A stretch of 64,000 bases of DNA. Origin: an uncultured Gemmatimonadales bacterium (GTDB taxonomy: Bacteria > Gemmatimonadota > Gemmatimonadetes > Gemmatimonadales > GWC2-71-9). Below, in pieces: positions 60,455 to 64,000 of this stretch. Below the pieces are notes generated by a model. The model saw only the letters and a program-made list of their open reading frames with translations, made no database searches and was not told the origin of the DNA. Made by a program: the position numbers and the translations under genes. The stretch's first letter is position 1; every line of letters starts with the position of its first letter. Location: NCBI GenBank assembly GCA_963730185.1, contig CAVSQW010000012.1, positions 192,001-256,000 of the forward strand, read 5' to 3'.

Positions 60455-61353
60455 GCCATCGAAGAATGACCATGCACCCGATACGGTTTATCGCAGTGTT
60501 GGTCATCGCTTCGCCCCTTCCAGCCGTCGGCCAAAGCAGCAAGGGAGAGCAGCAAGTACGCCGCTTCCTGGCCGAATACGACAAAGCCATCGCCAGTCGC
60601 GACATCGTTTTTCTCGAGGCGGTACTGCCGAGCGATTACACCTATACGGGAGCGAGCGGCAAGGAATCAGACCGAGCGCGGGTGTTGGCGTTTTTCACCC
60701 GGGAGAAAGACACACCGACGTACACGATGAACTCGCTCAAGCACGAGGACGTGCAGGTGCGCGTCGTCGGCAATATGGCGGTTGTGACGAACGACTATAC
60801 CTCGCAGACGACGCCGATCGATTCGCCGGAGGCCGAACCAGACATCGACAAGGGGCGCCACACCGGGGTCTTTGAAAGGCGTAACGGGCGTTGGATGGTT
60901 ATCGCCGAACAAGACACCGAACAGCCGCACGACGATCGATTGATGGAGCGGCAGGTTGTGAAAGCCGGGAGAGAATACAACGACTTGATGAAACGCCTCC
61001 AGAGCGGGGGCAGCCTCGCAGAGTTCGAAAAGGGCGGCGACATTGCGGTGCTCAAACGCCGACACGCCGAGGAGTATACCGGCACGAGCCCCGACGGTGA
61101 CATCTGTAGCAAGGCAGAAGAGGTGGAAGGCTACCAGAGCAATCAGATGAAGGTCGAGTCCGCCGAACTGTCCCAACAGCGAGTGCGCGCCATCGACAAC
61201 AACACCGCCGTCGAAACTGGGAGAATCAGGTACCTCGGGACCAGGGCCGGTCGTCCGGTCGACATTACCAAGCGTTTCACGAGAACCTGGGTTTTTCGGG
61301 AGCGGTGGCAAGTCCTGGCCGATCATGATTCACTAGTCAGGAAGAAGGACTAA
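60451..61353 (+). CDS. Secreted tandem DUF4440/NTF2-like protein
   Basis: Signal peptide; two domains ending ERRNGRW and TWVFRERW; ATGA overlap. Confidence 0.82.
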   Translation: MSHRRMTMHPIRFIAVLVIASPLPAVGQSSKGEQQVRRFLAEYDKAIASRDIVFLEAVLPSDYTYTGASGKESDRARVLAFFTREKDTPTYTMNSLKHEDVQVRVVGNMAVVTNDYTSQTTPIDSPEAEPDIDKGRHTGVFERRNGRWMVIAEQDTEQPHDDRLMERQVVKAGREYNDLMKRLQSGGSLAEFEKGGDIAVLKRRHAEEYTGTSPDGDICSKAEEVEGYQSNQMKVESAELSQQRVRAIDNNTAVETGRIRYLGTRAGRPVDITKRFTRTWVFRERWQVLADHDSLVRKKD

Positions 61354-61443
61354 GGGCCGGTCTCAATTGACGCGATCCGACTGCCTACGGTGATTCGTTA
61401 GTGTGAGCGTTGTCCGACCTATTCCCCGCCTTGGAGGTCCTCA

Positions 61444-61947
61444 TTGACCACCGTCTCCCCACTCCGGCGCGTTCGCGCCCGGGCGTCCCTAGCGTTGGTC
61501 GTCCTGGCCACGGCGCTCGTCAGTATCGCACGGGCGCAACCCCCCGGTGGACCAGTAGGGGGACCGTCCGCCGCTCCATTCGTAGTCGAGAGCTACTACC
61601 GGGTGCGGTGGGGCAGCCTCGACGAGTTCCAGCAGCTCTTCGAGAAGAACCACCTCCCGTTTCTTCAAGCGATGCTCCGGTCCGGCGTGCTGCTCGAGCT
61701 ACGGATTGAGGCACCCCGGGAGCATATGCCGGAAGCCGTCCGTTGGGACATGCGAACGACCCTTGTGTACCGAGATGCGGCGTCCGCCTACCTCGACGAG
61801 CCGGTGAGCGAGTCAGAATACACGGCGATCGTCAAGGACGACCAAGACGAGGCGCGCTTCAAGAGGGAGGAGCAGCGACGATTTGCCCTCCTCGAGGCGC
61901 ACTGGGACGTCAACGTCAAACGCCTTGCCATGCAAGTGCCCAAGTAG
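61444..61947 (+). CDS. Secreted hypothetical protein
   Basis: GGAGG before TTG; signal peptide; VESYYRVRWG, KNH.P, EEQRRF.LLEAHWD. Confidence 0.75.
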   Translation: MTTVSPLRRVRARASLALVVLATALVSIARAQPPGGPVGGPSAAPFVVESYYRVRWGSLDEFQQLFEKNHLPFLQAMLRSGVLLELRIEAPREHMPEAVRWDMRTTLVYRDAASAYLDEPVSESEYTAIVKDDQDEARFKREEQRRFALLEAHWDVNVKRLAMQVPK

Positions 61948-61968
61948 CAATCAGAGGGGCCGTCGCGT

Positions 61969-62079
61969 GTCGACGGGACCGGCGACCATGTCTACATGCT
62001 CATTCCCGCGAACTACACGTACCCGCAGAAGGGAACGACCGGGTGGCGCATCATTGACCGGTCCTGGGCCAAGAAGTAG
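61969..62079 (+). pseudogene. Remnant of an NTF2-like gene, C-terminus
   Basis: GDHVYMLIPANYTY.QKG..GWRI...WAKK*. Confidence 0.4.
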
Positions 62080-62166
62080 CCAAATGCGCATCCTCGGCGC
62101 GGGAGGGAGGGTCGGGAAGCCGCCGGTGAAGGATTACGACATTTCTGCCTCGCCCGAGGGCACCCC

Positions 62167-62342
62167 CGGCTGCTCCACCACGCCACCACCATCAACATCA
62201 AGGGCGATTCGTATCGCCTGAAGGACAAACGCCGCGCCGGGATGCTCCGCCCCGCTGCGACGCCGGAGCTCGCGGAGTAGACTCACCCTAGGTGGGGAGT
62301 TTCACATGTCGAATCCTGGGGAGTTTCGGAAGTCGCTTGACA
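62167..62342 (+). mobile_element. istB: IS21-family remnant: istB 3' end plus right end
   Basis: RLLHHATTINIKGDSYRLKDK...* (62167-62280); tggggagtttc at 62293 and 62317; terminal ...TTGACA. Confidence 0.85.
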
Positions 62343-62663
62343 GGTCGAGCGCTCCATCGACGGGTGGATGGATCCGGTTCCAGCGCTCCTTGAACCCCGC
62401 CCGCGCCATCACGCTGTGCTGCAGCCCGAACAGCAGGAGGAGCCCGAGGTCGAAGAGCGCCGCGGCGGCCCGGTTGGCGATGTGGACCGGGCCGCCCGTG
62501 AGCGCGAAGACGCCGAGGCTGACCAGGATCAAGAGCAGCAGGGTCGCGAAGCCCGCCGCGTACGACCCGATGCCGTAGGCCAGGATTCCGATCCGGGGGA
62601 GGAGTCGGGTAGTTGGAGTACCGCCCGGTCGGTATGCTCGATGGCAAGACCACGGGCAGTCAT
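62343..62663 (-). pseudogene. Truncated, frameshifted second copy of the MddA-like gene
   Basis: Clear DNA similarity to 53454-53774; FGLQHSVMARAGFKERW; ends at the IS21 terminus. Confidence 0.85.
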
Positions 62664-62709
62664 GCGAAAACTCTCCTTCTAGTCCCGGCGGGACCGTTTA
62701 GGGGAAGCG

Positions 62710-62766
62710 CTCGTGCCGGCCCGGCGGGCGAGCCGGGTCAGCCCGCTGGAGGCGCTCCGCTCCTGA
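62710..62766 (+). pseudogene. 3' tip of an ADOP ABC permease
   Basis: LVPARRASRVSPLEALRS*. Confidence 0.65.
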
Positions 62767-63119
62767 AACCGGCTGGGCGCGGCGCTGGCCACCGCCAGCC
62801 GGGTGGCAAAGCGGCGGACCAGCGCCCGGGTCCCGCAAGGGATCGAGAACTCCGTTGTCGGCCCTTGGCGACATGCATCGCGCGGTCTACCTCACAGCCC
62901 GGCACATACTGGCGAAGAAGGTGCTTTCGACGTCCACCGGGGCCGGTCATATGACGCCCTGCCGACGACGTGGGCTCGGCTCGAGACAGAACCGCTCGCA
63001 GCGGGTTGCCAGCAGGGGGCATTGCTGGACGCGTGTTGACATCGTGATCGCCGACGGCATCTTTGTCCTTGGCGGTCCAATAGCAACCTCGGCCCTCGCG
63101 GCCAATCCAGGAGGATGGT

Positions 63120-63716
63120 ATGCGCTTGATGTCCACGGTGGCGGTCGGCGTGGTGATGGCCGCGGCCCCACTTCCGTCAGGGGTGCAACGTAGCCGTCCG
63201 ACCGCCGATGTCCGGGCACCGCAACCGACGAGCGACATGAAAGGCCTGGTCAAAGCTCTCGCAGGGCGCTGGTCCTTGAAGGTGACATTCGAACCCTCCA
63301 AGGATGCGCCGGCCGGGTTTGAGGGGACCGGAGAGGAAACCTGGCACGCGGGTCCAGAGGGACTGACATTCACCGACGAAGAGGTCATGCACGCAGGGCC
63401 GCTAGCCATCATCCTGGTCGGGGTACTCTGGCAAGACCTGACAACCAAGGCCTTTCACGCGATGGATTGTAACAACCAGAATCCGCATAGCTGTGACCTC
63501 AAAGGTGCCGTCGACGGGATGGCTGTTCATTGGACCGGCAGTGAGCTGACAATCGACGAGCAGGAGCTGTCCCCCCAGGGTGAGAGGATGATCTCGCGGG
63601 TGCTGTGGTCCGATATCGGCTCGAACACCTTTACGGAGACTGGATATCTCGGTGCGCCGGGTGGCCCATTCCAAAAGGCCATGACGATTCACGCGACCCG
63701 CATTGCGGGCGAATAG
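63120..63716 (+). CDS. Secreted hypothetical protein (DUF1579-like)
   Basis: AGGAGG RBS; signal peptide; LAGRW, GTGEETW. Confidence 0.75.
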   Translation: MRLMSTVAVGVVMAAAPLPSGVQRSRPTADVRAPQPTSDMKGLVKALAGRWSLKVTFEPSKDAPAGFEGTGEETWHAGPEGLTFTDEEVMHAGPLAIILVGVLWQDLTTKAFHAMDCNNQNPHSCDLKGAVDGMAVHWTGSELTIDEQELSPQGERMISRVLWSDIGSNTFTETGYLGAPGGPFQKAMTIHATRIAGE

Positions 63717-64000
63717 ACGGTGTACAGCAGGGTTAGGACTGTCAATCATCCCGGATTGACTACCGTCCGGGGCCGCAGCCGCAAGAGCTACCGCGCGCGG
63801 GCGCCGTCACCAGCAGGTCCGCTGCGGTTTCATTTCAACGCATCGACGCAGAGACCCGACAGCGCCTCCTGCTGACCACCGCGAGCAATCGCCTTGGATC
63901 TGTTCGTCATCGCCATCGCCGCGGCCGCCATCTTCGGGGCCCTCCGGCTCCTGGCCGGGCCGGCCCGCCGGCTGCTCGCCCGACGAGCCACGGCGGACGC

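Noticed and set aside
62293..62327. Tandem tggggagtttc repeats as a CRISPR or iteron array
   Set aside because: Only two copies, explained as IS21 end repeats

Overview
A high-GC bacterial window. The gene repertoire (Hanks kinase-TPR, 6-bladed beta-propeller proteins, ADOP permease, carboxypeptidase-regulatory-domain protein) suggests Gemmatimonadota; this is an inference. All family calls come from motifs recognised by eye, and no database search was run. The main finding is a compact RiPP-like biosynthetic cluster at about 8978-16681. It encodes a fused C/YcaO cyclodehydratase, a SagB/ThcOx dehydrogenase, a LanD-like HFCD flavoprotein, a cytoplasmic S8 protease and a FAD amine oxidase. It also encodes an unusual NHLP-type precursor (14013-14378) that is very basic, lacks the double-Gly motif and ends in ...AQFTATLVC. 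No dehydratase, cyclase or exporter is visible in the cluster. The rest of the window holds a DNA-repair-type radical SAM gene, several amidohydrolases, mmsA, an MscS + large ATPase pair and an amine/guanidino catabolic operon. It also holds an autoregulated XRE cassette flanked by direct repeats, a copper-related locus, an ECF41 module with two cognate promoters and a TetR-controlled MddA-SRPBCC fusion. The last ~8 kb is a mosaic of gene fragments, a low-GC permease/thioredoxin islet and an IS21 remnant. Several single-base frameshifts look like sequencing errors. No rRNA, tRNA or CRISPR array was seen.
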